From Planctomycetales bacterium (GTDB lineage: Bacteria; 4484-113; JAFGCY01): a stretch of DNA of 32,000 bases. This document shows positions 8,782 to 17,415 of the stretch, one piece after another. The translations under genes were made by a program, and so were the position numbers. The notes under the pieces are model-generated. The model made no database searches. It was not told the origin of the DNA and saw only the letters and a list, made by a program, of their open reading frames with translations. The stretch spans positions 930,001 through 962,000 of the forward strand of contig CP060262.1 in the NCBI GenBank assembly GCA_022646745.1. The letters are read 5' to 3'. Position 1 is the stretch's first letter, and each line of letters starts with the position of its first letter.

Positions 8782-10263
8782 ATGAGCATGATCAGGCGCC
8801 GCCTGCAGAACATCGTTCTGGCGGGCGCATTGATGTCAGCAGTTATACCGGCCGCCGCCAGCGCACAGGGAAGTGACGCGCAGTCCCCGCGGGCGGCGGA
8901 CTCTTCCGGATTCTCCAATGCAGCAGGCAGTGTCGTCGCCTCGCGTGACGGCTTCGAGCTGCGCAGCCTCGATGACAGCTTCCACTACGGCGGGCAGGCG
9001 GACTACACCCTGCGTGTGCTGCCGGATGGCGACTTCATCAAGGTGCAGGTGCAGGTGTTCGCCTCCGACATGCGGGCCTGCCTCGTGGAACTTGGCTACG
9101 ACGATTCCTACTGGCAACTGGTGGATGGCAAGCGCGGCGACTGGCCGGGCAATGAGCAGCCGCTGCAGCTGAGCGTGCCGGAGATGGCCGGCAGCCTGCA
9201 CCACGGTGCGGTGCTGCCCCGTCCGCAGAAGGCACAGGGCGTGACCGGCACCTTCGAGCTGCTGGAGGCCCGCTTCCGTCCGGTCGGCCAGTACAGCGCC
9301 GTCAAGGGCGTGTCCAGCCCGGACGTTGCCAGCAGTGGTTTGTCAGCAGCGATCGGTGACTACAACGCCGATGGGCAGGTCAACCTGGCCGACATGCTGC
9401 GCGTGAGCGAGTACTGGGGCCAGCGTGCCTCAGACTTCCCGCCGGGCACCCTGTCCAGCGTGGATGGCGATGGCAACGGCGTGATCGATGGCAACGACAT
9501 CCAGGTGATCGCGAACCACCTGCTGATGGTCAGTGGCAACACCCCCGAGGTGAGCATCGCCGCCAGCACCGTCAGCAACGAAACGCTTACGCGCAACCAC
9601 TGGCCGACGAGCCCGGTGGACCTCGACTGGCTGACGAACTACTACCTGACGCTGCCGGCGGTTGACAGCACCTATTCCGTCTATGACGATGCCGAGCAGC
9701 AGCAGTACGCCGAGAAGGTGTTCGAATACACCAACGAGGCCCGCACCGACAAGAAGCACACCCCGCTCAAGCGCGTCCCCTGGCTGGACGCGGTGGCCCA
9801 GGCGCAGGCGAAGCACATGGCGCTCAACGGCTACTTCGAGCATGACAGCCCGCAGGGCATGACGATCTTCGACCGCATCGAGGCCCCGGACGGGCCGGAG
9901 TGGTGGCATGCCGGTGAGAACATCGCCGCCGGCTACCGCACACCGGAGCAGGCCCACAAGTCCTGGATGGACTCCGGCGGCCACCGCAAGAACATCCGCA
10001 ATGAGAACTACCGTTACATGGGCGTCGGGGCCTACTACCTGCCGGGCAGCGAGTACGGCTGGTACTGGGTGCAGGTGTTCGCCACCTACCGCGAGGACCC
10101 GATGACGCATGACTGGATCGACCCCGGCCAGGGCGACCCGGTGATCACCCGTGAGCAGATCCTGCAGATGCAGGGGCAGAACCCGAAGCAGCCGGCCAGC
10201 CGCGCCACCTCCGCTGACAACACGCGGCAGGTGCCGAAGCAGCCGGTGCGCCGCCGTGGTTGA
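8782..10263 (+). CDS. secreted protein with dockerin-like repeats and C-terminal CAP/SCP (YkwD-like) domain
   Basis: Sec signal (..AAASA-QG). Dockerin-type repeats (DYNADGQVNLADMLRV; VDGDGNGVIDGNDIQVIANHL). The C-terminal segment (FEYTNEAR......L.....L...AQ.HA..M...GYFEHDSP.G......I....W...GENIAAGY.TPE.A...WM.S.GHR.NI.N..Y...GVG) is typical of SCP/CAP-domain proteins. Confidence 0.85.
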   Translation: MSMIRRRLQNIVLAGALMSAVIPAAASAQGSDAQSPRAADSSGFSNAAGSVVASRDGFELRSLDDSFHYGGQADYTLRVLPDGDFIKVQVQVFASDMRACLVELGYDDSYWQLVDGKRGDWPGNEQPLQLSVPEMAGSLHHGAVLPRPQKAQGVTGTFELLEARFRPVGQYSAVKGVSSPDVASSGLSAAIGDYNADGQVNLADMLRVSEYWGQRASDFPPGTLSSVDGDGNGVIDGNDIQVIANHLLMVSGNTPEVSIAASTVSNETLTRNHWPTSPVDLDWLTNYYLTLPAVDSTYSVYDDAEQQQYAEKVFEYTNEARTDKKHTPLKRVPWLDAVAQAQAKHMALNGYFEHDSPQGMTIFDRIEAPDGPEWWHAGENIAAGYRTPEQAHKSWMDSGGHRKNIRNENYRYMGVGAYYLPGSEYGWYWVQVFATYREDPMTHDWIDPGQGDPVITREQILQMQGQNPKQPASRATSADNTRQVPKQPVRRRG

Positions 10264-10728
10264 GGCCCCAAGGGCTGCTGACTGGTCAGTCAGATACTCA
10301 CACTCTGAAGAGAAGGCATGGGAAACGCGGGGCATACGCCTCGCGTTTCCTCTTTCATTTTCTACTTCGCCTGAAGGCTCAGCAGCCTTTGTTCGCGCAG
10401 TGGGCCGGAAAGCAAGTTCCCGGTCCCACTGCAGATGCATCAATAACTTCACTCCCAACGGCTCAGCAGCCTTGGTTCGTGCAATGGCTCGATCCTATTA
10501 GGATCGACAGTGTTGGCTGGCGCAGTGAGTTCATGAGAATGGAAGTAGGGATGCGGTAATACCGCATCCCGGCGGCAGTATTACTGCCGCCCTACTTCGA
10601 TTACTTCCCCACTTCCCCCACTTCTCCCACTATTCCAACTATTCAGACATACCTTTGCATCGTGTTCTTCCACCATGATGAATCACTGCTTTACAGTCAT
10701 CTTATTGGCAGGGCATGGAAGCCCTGCC

Positions 10729-12999
10729 CTACTTCGGCGTGTTCGTCGCCACGTAGATACCCCACTTCTTGTCGCCGGCGTCATCCCAGCTGCGCAGGTA
10801 GGCCGTGCGGAACACGCCGCTGTCCCCGAACATCCGTGAGAAGTAGCGCACGTCCACCGTGTTGTCAAAGTTGTCGTAGTAGTAGGCCCACTGCACACCG
10901 TCCAGCAGCGGGTCGTCAACGTACTCCAGCACGAAGGTGTTGGCGGAGGCCCAGACCCCATGGGGCACGGAGATGATCGGGAATCCCTCACGGAAGTACA
11001 GGTCGGCCATCTCAGCGTTCTCGTCGTCATATGTACGGATCTGCCACTGCTCCCAGGGCTCCGAGATCGGGTCAGTCCCCGTGCAGCGGTAGTAGCGCAG
11101 GTCGCCGGTGCCTTCCACCTGGCAACCTCCGACCGAGATGCTGAGGATGCCGTCATTGATGACAAAGTCCAGGTCGCGGTCGCCATCAAGGGTGTTGTCG
11201 ACATTGTTGTTGTCCCAGGCGGCCTGGTCCGTCGGGGCCCCGTTCTTGCCGCGCAGCACGCGCAGGATGTCCTGGCGGGCCATCACCACCAACGGCAGGC
11301 CGTCCAGTTCCCTGAGCATCATCACGTCCGGGAAGCTGCCCAGGCCCGGCGGCAGCATGTCCTTCACCTTCCAGTCCATCTCGGACTGCGGGTCCGCGTT
11401 CAGTGCATAGGCGAACTTGACATCGTACTGGCCGACATCCACCCGAACGGCGAACACGACCGCCAGCTGGCCGTTTATGAAGGACATGCTGACCCTCCTG
11501 CCGACGATGTCGCCTGGGTACAGCAGGTAGTTGTCCCACTCACTGCCGCTCGGGTTGTCATCCTGGCCACGGGCGATCCACAGCCCCTCGGCTTTGATCG
11601 AACTATTGTGGTTGTTGTAGGCGATCCAGGGGCGGTTGAAGTCGGACAGGCAGCTGATGTCCGTCGTGACCTCGGCGTCGGTGACATTCACCCCAAAGCT
11701 GAAGTTGTCATGGTCGTACTTGTGGTAGACCAGCTTGTTGCCGGTTTCGTTGTAGTAGCCGAACACCGGCTGCGAGCTGAAGCCCGCCGTGTAGAACACA
11801 TCGGCATGCGGGTCGTGCAGGTTGTCAAATGAAACGAAGCGGTGCACGTCCACGATCGCCGCATAGCCGTCCACCACCTCGCTGGGCGGACTGTTGCCCT
11901 CCGGCCCCTTGGCGACCACGTGGTAGGCATGGAACTCGCCGTCGTTGGCAGCGGGATCGAAGTCGGCGAAGTATCCGCCATCCGGCGGGATGAAGTTCAT
12001 GTCCGCCTGGCGCAGCACACCGTCACGGTAGATGTCGTAGTCCAGCGCCCCGGTGCCTTCCGGCATGTGCCAGACACAGGGAATGAAGCCGCGGTACAGG
12101 CCCTGTGAGACACGCAGCGTGGGGGCCGGCAGCAAGCGGCTGGCGGTGGCGACCTCGCCCGGATCTGATTCCAGTCCGCCAAGCAGCGCGGTCATGCGGT
12201 AGTCATAGTCAACGCCGTACAGGCAGGGCAGCACCAGGTCCGTGATCGTATGCGTATAGCCCGGCAGCTCCTCGGCACTCTCAAGGATCAGTACGTAGTC
12301 ATCATCCGTGTCGCTGGACTGCTTGGCGTACAGCCTGTAGCCGTCCCACAGTTCCGGCAGCTCCCAGCTAAGCAGGATGCTGTCCCCGCTTTCGCTGCCA
12401 ACAGCCTGCAGGTTGGCGGGCGGCTGCAGGTCCACGTTGTAATCGAAGAAGATGATGTCCAGCGTGACCGTGGCGGAACTGGTCAGCAGGCCGATGTAAG
12501 TGTTGCCATTTGTGCTGATGTGCTGGGCCGGGTCAAAGTCAGCCAAAATGTCGATAGCCGCGGTCGGTGTCTCGAAGCTTACCGGTTTGACATCCCAGCG
12601 GCCGGTTGAGAAGTTCGCCATCAGGCGGTAGTAGGTTTCGTTGAAGAACACGTCGCTGACGTTGATGCGGGCCTGGATGTAATCCGTCGGCTCGCTGGAC
12701 AGGCCATTGAAGCGTCCGATGCCCCAGGCCGGTGCGCCTCCACCGTCCAGCGCGAGCTTGTACCCATCCTTCTCCGTGCCACCGTTGATGATCTCGCACT
12801 GGATGCCGGCCACCGATTCCGTGTAGAGCACGGATGGCTCGCGGACGGGATCGCTGCTGAATACGTCCGGCAATTGCCAGCTGTGATCGGGCTGGACGGT
12901 CTGGACAGCTACCCCGGAGGATGAGCCATTGGAACAGCCGCTGGCTGCCAGCAGGAAAAGTATGCCGACCAGGGCAAGGGTCTGTCTTGCTTGAATCAT
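10729..12999 (-). CDS. predicted large lipoprotein (FN3-like segment, otherwise uncharacterised)
   Basis: Lipoprotein signal MIQARQTLALVGILFLLAASG-C. PPANLQAVGSESGDSILLSWELPELWDGYRLY looks FN3-like. The remainder has no motif I recognise. Confidence 0.8.
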   Translation of the reverse strand: MIQARQTLALVGILFLLAASGCSNGSSSGVAVQTVQPDHSWQLPDVFSSDPVREPSVLYTESVAGIQCEIINGGTEKDGYKLALDGGGAPAWGIGRFNGLSSEPTDYIQARINVSDVFFNETYYRLMANFSTGRWDVKPVSFETPTAAIDILADFDPAQHISTNGNTYIGLLTSSATVTLDIIFFDYNVDLQPPANLQAVGSESGDSILLSWELPELWDGYRLYAKQSSDTDDDYVLILESAEELPGYTHTITDLVLPCLYGVDYDYRMTALLGGLESDPGEVATASRLLPAPTLRVSQGLYRGFIPCVWHMPEGTGALDYDIYRDGVLRQADMNFIPPDGGYFADFDPAANDGEFHAYHVVAKGPEGNSPPSEVVDGYAAIVDVHRFVSFDNLHDPHADVFYTAGFSSQPVFGYYNETGNKLVYHKYDHDNFSFGVNVTDAEVTTDISCLSDFNRPWIAYNNHNSSIKAEGLWIARGQDDNPSGSEWDNYLLYPGDIVGRRVSMSFINGQLAVVFAVRVDVGQYDVKFAYALNADPQSEMDWKVKDMLPPGLGSFPDVMMLRELDGLPLVVMARQDILRVLRGKNGAPTDQAAWDNNNVDNTLDGDRDLDFVINDGILSISVGGCQVEGTGDLRYYRCTGTDPISEPWEQWQIRTYDDENAEMADLYFREGFPIISVPHGVWASANTFVLEYVDDPLLDGVQWAYYYDNFDNTVDVRYFSRMFGDSGVFRTAYLRSWDDAGDKKWGIYVATNTPK

Positions 13000-13062
13000 G
13001 AATGCGCTCCGCTGCTTGCTTGGTTAATTCTGCCTTAAACCAGCGCGTGGCGCAATCCGCGA

Positions 13063-14037
13063 TCAGCCAGCCAGTATCTCTTCTATCTCCGTCAATTGAG
13101 ACCCGTTCAGTTTCCAGTCTCCAGCCGCTGCGTTGGCGATCGCCTGCCCGGGCTTCGTGGCCCCGCTGATCACGCTGGCTACACAGCTGTGGCGCAGCAG
13201 CCAGGAATGGGCCAGTTCCAGCAGGCTGTGGCCCTTGTCGGCACACCATGAGCGCAGTCGTTCCACAGTGTCGATGCGCTCATCGCCGCCGAAGCGCTGC
13301 CAGGCACCGGCGCTGCTCAGGCGGGTGCCATCAGGGGCGGGCTGGCCTGCATGGTACTTGCCGGTCAGTAATCCGCTGGCCAGCGGGAAGTAAGGCACGA
13401 AGCTGATACCAAGCTCATCGCACTGCTTCAGCACGCCGCGCTTGTCCGTTTCCTCACGGGCAACGGAGCCGTCATCCGTGGGGATATCGCCTTCCGGCTC
13501 CCGCACGAACAGGCTGTATTCATTCTGCACGGCCACAAAACGAGGACCGCCGAGCTGCCGGGCCGCCTTGTCCGCTTCCCTGAGCTGGGCTGCGGAGAAG
13601 TTGCTGCAGGCGATTTCGCGCACCTTGCCTTCCGTCACGAGGGCATGCATGGCGGCCAGCGTGTCAGCGATCGGGACCGATGGGTCCGGCTGGTGCAGCC
13701 AGTAGAGGTCGATCGTGTCCATGCCAAGCCGGCGCAGGCTGTCCTCGCAGGCCTGCCGGACATAGGCCGGGGCTGCCCCCTGGCGTTCGTCATCCACGCG
13801 CATGCCGAACTTGGTGGCCACGATGGCACGATCCCGGCGGCCCCTGAGTGCCTGGCCGAGGTACTCCTCGCTTTTCGTGGCACCGTAGATATCCGCCGTG
13901 TCCAGCAGGTTGATGCCGCTGTCGAGTGCCGCGCTGACCACCTCAGTGGTCTGTGCACTGTCCAGCCGGCCGCCGAAGTTGTTGCAGCCCAGCCCGATCG
14001 CCGATACGGACAGCGAGCCGATCTTCCTCATTTCCAT
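13063..14037 (-). CDS. aldo/keto reductase
   Basis: MEMRKIGSL.VSAIGLGCNNFG, LDTADIYG, ..VATKFG.., HQPDP and GAT...Q...N are classic AKR motifs. GGAGGAAGG lies directly upstream of the ATG at 14037, which is preferred over the track start at 14055. Confidence 0.9.
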   Translation of the reverse strand: MEMRKIGSLSVSAIGLGCNNFGGRLDSAQTTEVVSAALDSGINLLDTADIYGATKSEEYLGQALRGRRDRAIVATKFGMRVDDERQGAAPAYVRQACEDSLRRLGMDTIDLYWLHQPDPSVPIADTLAAMHALVTEGKVREIACSNFSAAQLREADKAARQLGGPRFVAVQNEYSLFVREPEGDIPTDDGSVAREETDKRGVLKQCDELGISFVPYFPLASGLLTGKYHAGQPAPDGTRLSSAGAWQRFGGDERIDTVERLRSWCADKGHSLLELAHSWLLRHSCVASVISGATKPGQAIANAAAGDWKLNGSQLTEIEEILAG

Positions 14038-14122
14038 GGTCCTTCCTCCGGGCAATCACTGTAGCAAAGGCGGATTACGCCGATGGACGGAATGTCCTAG
14101 AATCTACGTAAGGAGACTACCA

Positions 14123-14755
14123 ATGAAGAAGACGCTGACACTGCTCGCAGCCCTGCTGCTACTGCTTACCGGCCAGGCCCTCGCCCAGGGTGGCGCCGCC
14201 GAGGCCGGGATTGATGAGGAAGCCACGCGCGAGGTGACCTACGACTGGTGGGAAAGCGAGGACTGGGGCCTGACGATGTTCCTGCCGGAGGGCGGGAACT
14301 ACTTCGCCCCGGAGGACCTCGGCATCATGCCCGAGGATGACCCGATGAGCTATCCGCTGATCTGGATCTCTGAGGATACGAGCCTGCCCTTCAACATGGT
14401 GATGCTTGGCGCGCTCGATATGGATGAAGTGATCACCGACGATGATTACCAGTATTACTTCGAGCAGTTCCTTACGAATGTGCAGGTGGACTTCCCGAAC
14501 CTGCAGGGCGATGTGCTCGGCTTCGACGTGATGGACCGCCTGTGGGACCGCTTCGTGCTGTCCGATGATGAGGGCTCGACGATGGTCAACTACCTGACCT
14601 ACGTGGATGACACCTATTACAGCATCAGCTTCCTCGTCGGCCCGCTGAGCGGGCTTGACGAATCCCTGAATGCCACGGTGGACCAGATGTGGGTGACCTT
14701 CATGGAGGATGACATGCTTCCGGAAGAGGATTTCCTGCTGCCCTGGTACTTCTGA
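14123..14755 (+). CDS. secreted acidic hypothetical protein
   Basis: AAGGAG SD 7 nt upstream of the ATG at 14123. Sec signal MKKTLTLLAALLLLLTGQALA-QG. The mature part is very D/E-rich. The track ORF starting at 13898 overlaps the AKR gene and is judged an extension. Confidence 0.7.
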   Translation: MKKTLTLLAALLLLLTGQALAQGGAAEAGIDEEATREVTYDWWESEDWGLTMFLPEGGNYFAPEDLGIMPEDDPMSYPLIWISEDTSLPFNMVMLGALDMDEVITDDDYQYYFEQFLTNVQVDFPNLQGDVLGFDVMDRLWDRFVLSDDEGSTMVNYLTYVDDTYYSISFLVGPLSGLDESLNATVDQMWVTFMEDDMLPEEDFLLPWYF

Positions 14756-14884
14756 TCCGGCGGGGCCAGCCCCCGTCTCCAGCCAAGTTGACCCACGCGC
14801 GCCGCGTGGACCATTCCCCCGGAGAACTGCATGTGCGCATTGATCAGCGGTGATGGCTGCATCAGCCAGCTCAACGGAGTACGG

Positions 14885-15196
14885 ATGAGCCCGGTCAAGA
14901 CCGACCCCAAGGGTGTGGTAAACCAGGACACCGTGTTCACCTTCAGCATGGAGGACGGCATCGTCACGGCGGACTACCGCGGTGGCAGCGTGCTGCGCGG
15001 CTACCTGATCGGGCGCTGCAGCGGCAGCAGCATGGAGTTCAGCTACTGCCAGATGAACGACACCGGCAACGTGGCCGGCGGCCGCTCGCATGCCGAGCTG
15101 GCGCTGATGCCTGACGGGCGCCTGCGGATGGTGGAGCACTTCACCTTCGATGACGGGCGCAAGGGCGTGAACATCATTGAGCAGCGGACCGACTAG
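14885..15196 (+). CDS. small conserved hypothetical protein (lipocalin-like family often mislabelled N-acetylglutamate synthase)
   Basis: GGAG 5 nt upstream of the ATG at 14885. The pattern DTVF.F...DG.V.A.Y.GG.V..G.L.G.......F.Y......G....G.S.......PDGRLR..E.F matches my memory of that small family. Family assignment is from memory only. Confidence 0.5.
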   Translation: MSPVKTDPKGVVNQDTVFTFSMEDGIVTADYRGGSVLRGYLIGRCSGSSMEFSYCQMNDTGNVAGGRSHAELALMPDGRLRMVEHFTFDDGRKGVNIIEQRTD

Positions 15197-15201
15197 ATAG
15201 C

Positions 15202-15642
15202 GTGCGCACTCAAACCACGGGCCTGGCCCTGCTCCTGCTGTTGATGCTCCTCTGCAGTTCCTGCAGCAAGCCACAGCGTTCGATCGGCGAAGCGCAGCTC
15301 AGTGCCGGGAAGGTCAGCCTGCAGGTGGACACGGATGATGCCGCCAGCCTGCCACTGTATGACAGGGTCGACCTCGTGCTGTTGCCGAAGCAGCCAGACA
15401 CGCTGCTGGCGGAGTTTGCCGGAAGTACGGAGTACTTTGATGCAATCCGTGGTGCGGGCGGATTCTATGTCGGCGGGGACTACCTGGAGGATGCCGAGCG
15501 CGGTTCCAGCTCAGTTACATATGAGCTGGATGCCCCGGTCGGCGCGCTGCCGGACGGCCAACAGGGCTGGCTGCTGCTGCTCGTACTGGATGGCACGGCG
15601 GTGAAGGTGGACGGATTCAGGCCGGTCAGCGGCCTGAAATAG
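15202..15642 (+). CDS. predicted small lipoprotein/secreted protein
   Basis: GTG start. N-terminus MRTQTTGLALLLLLMLLCSSCSK is signal-peptide-like with Cys residues at the expected cleavage region. No domain recognised. Confidence 0.6.
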   Translation: MRTQTTGLALLLLLMLLCSSCSKPQRSIGEAQLSAGKVSLQVDTDDAASLPLYDRVDLVLLPKQPDTLLAEFAGSTEYFDAIRGAGGFYVGGDYLEDAERGSSSVTYELDAPVGALPDGQQGWLLLLVLDGTAVKVDGFRPVSGLK

Positions 15643-15687
15643 CGCATTTTCAGGCAGCCCAGTGTACTGGGCGGTATAATCTCCGCA

Positions 15688-16299
15688 ATGAACAGGCCTA
15701 CAACGAAGAAGGGATGCGAGACACGGGAACGGATCATGGTATCGGCGGCGCGGCTGTTTGCCCGCCAGGGAGCCCGGGGCACGAGCATTGATGAGATCCT
15801 GAGCGAGTCTGGCACAGGCAAGAGCCAGTTCTACCACTACTTCTCCGACAAGGACGAACTGATCCGCTGTGTGCACGCGATGCAGATCGAGCGGATGCTG
15901 GCGCTGCACAGCGTGATCTTCGAACAGCTGGACAGCTGGGAGGGATTCGAGCTGCTGCAGGACACCGTGCTGCACCTGCTGGAGAGCCAGCGCTTCCAGA
16001 ACGGCTGCCCGATCGGCAGCCTCGCCAGTGAGCTTGCGGCCAGTGATGAACTGGTGCGGATCGACACCGAGCAGTACTTCGACCGCAAGAAGGCGGCGAT
16101 CGTGCGCGGCCTGACCTCCATGAAGCTGCGTGGCGAACTGCGGGCGGATACGGACGTGCAGGGCCTGGCCGATTTCGTGGTCACGGTGCTGCAGGGCGCC
16201 AAGCTGATGTGCAAGGTGCGCCGCAGTGCGGACAGCGCTTCCGCCAGCTTCAGGCATATGATGGCCTACCTCCGTTCGCACCGCACGGCACTGGCCTAA
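15688..16299 (+). CDS. TetR/AcrR family transcriptional regulator
   Basis: N-terminal HTH signature (TRERIMVSAARLFARQGARGTSIDEILSESGTGKSQFYHYFSDKDEL), with the length and helical C-terminal part typical of TetR. Confidence 0.9.
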   Translation: MNRPTTKKGCETRERIMVSAARLFARQGARGTSIDEILSESGTGKSQFYHYFSDKDELIRCVHAMQIERMLALHSVIFEQLDSWEGFELLQDTVLHLLESQRFQNGCPIGSLASELAASDELVRIDTEQYFDRKKAAIVRGLTSMKLRGELRADTDVQGLADFVVTVLQGAKLMCKVRRSADSASASFRHMMAYLRSHRTALA

Positions 16300-16507
16300 G
16301 CAGTCCATTTGGACGCTTAATCAGGATTTACTTCGATAATCCGCGAACATTTCCAAGCCTACCCCGGTCTTATGTTGTACGGATGAATAATCCTCACCCC
16401 CTGCGGAAAGGGAATTCCGCAGACGGAATTATCCACCGGACGATGAGTTATTGGCGTCCTGGATGGGTAGAATAATGTACCGAGAGGTACATACAGGAGG
16501 TAGAGCT

Positions 16508-16654
16508 ATGAGCGTTGAGCAAATGGCAGTGGATCTTAAGAACAACATCGAGGAGCTGACAGCGGACCTGTACCGCCGCTACTGTACCAGCACCGCGATG
16601 GTGGACCACTCCTTCGGCGCCGATCTCACCTTCTGCTGCGGCTACGGCGAGTAG
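16508..16654 (+). CDS. 48-aa Cys/Ser/Thr-containing small protein (possible orphan precursor peptide)
   Basis: Consensus AGGAGG (16495-16500) lies 7 nt before the ATG. Third-position GC looks coding-like. Sequence: MSVEQMAVDLKNNIEELTADLYRRYCTSTAMVDHSFGADLTFCCGYGE. A GTACC-GAGA-GGTAC hairpin sits just upstream. Confidence 0.4.
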   Translation: MSVEQMAVDLKNNIEELTADLYRRYCTSTAMVDHSFGADLTFCCGYGE

Positions 16655-16704
16655 CATGAGGCAGGGGCCTGCGGGTCCGAAAGACAGCCACGACACTTAC
16701 CAGT

Positions 16705-16958
16705 TTTCCCAACTTCCCCCCCTGTATGCGGGCGGGTCGGTGAATGCCGGCCCGCCTGCCTCAGAACCCGGGGAGCGGACCAGGAACCGGTTGGCAGGCT
16801 GAATCGCTATCATCGCATATATCCATTTCCCAACTTCCCCCCTGTATCGGGTGGGTCCGGCATGCAGCGCGCATGCCGGGCCTGCCTGGCACGGAAGCTG
16901 GCCGGGTTCCCGGAACTGACAACATAGCCATTTCCAATTTCCCAACTTCCCCCCTGTA
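16705..16958 (+). repeat. three direct copies of a C-rich box TTTCCCAACTTCCCCCC(C)TGTA, each followed by a GC-rich hairpin
   Basis: Boxes at 16705-16726, 16826-16846 and 16938-16958. Each is followed within 1-5 nt by an imperfect 9-12-bp GC hairpin. Confidence 0.85.
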
Positions 16959-16961
16959 ACG

Positions 16962-16997
16962 GGCGGGGCTGCCAAGGCAGTCCCGCCTTTTCTTTTT
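16962..16997 (+). terminator. intrinsic terminator (third box-associated hairpin plus T tract)
   Basis: GGCGGGGCTGCC..GGCAGTCCCGCC stem followed by TTTTCTTTTT. Confidence 0.6.
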
Positions 16998-16999
16998 GC

Positions 17000-17345
17000 C
17001 GCTTCACCCAAGGGCTCAGCGGTCTGACCCTGCGGCTGCGCATTCGCGCATCCGGGTCGGGTTGAAGATGCAGGTGGTTGGAAGATTCCTGGTGCAAGAG
17101 GAGCGGAACTTGTTTCGCTCCGGTTTGCAGACCGTCGAGTGCTTGCATGAGACGGCAATAGAATTCAGTCTGGCGCTGCGCTGGCGCATTCGCTGCCAGC
17201 GGATCGCGCTGAAGGTGCGGGAGGCCAGACCCGTGGTCTGGCAGGAAGCCAATCCCACGGATTGGCAACGGATTGCGGATAACAAATGCTCCGGCAGTCC
17301 ATGGGACTGCAGTCCTGTCAGGCCATGGGCCTGACCTCCTCGTCG
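17000..17345. repeat. mosaic intergenic repeat block (copy A)
   Basis: Contains GGCTCAGCGGTCTGACCCTGCGGCTGCGCATTCGCGCATCCGGGTCG, TGCAGACCGTCGAGTGCTTGCATGAGACGG (17126-17155), ..GCGCTGCGCTGGCGC..CTGCCAGCGG..CTGAAGGTGC and a REP-like unit (17220-17243). All have counterparts at 31425-31800. Confidence 0.8.
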
Positions 17346-17415
17346 CATTGTGCGTCCCGCATTTGCGCAGCTTAGTAACGCTGACGCGTTCCTGCGCTAC
17401 GCGCTCCATTCTGCC

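Noticed and set aside
16705-16958. CRISPR array or integron attC sites as an explanation for the three C-rich boxes.
   Set aside because: There are only three repeats. The 'spacers' are about 90-100 nt and contain related hairpins. No cas or intI genes are present. No complementary GTTRRRY partner exists for an attC-type R''/R' pairing.
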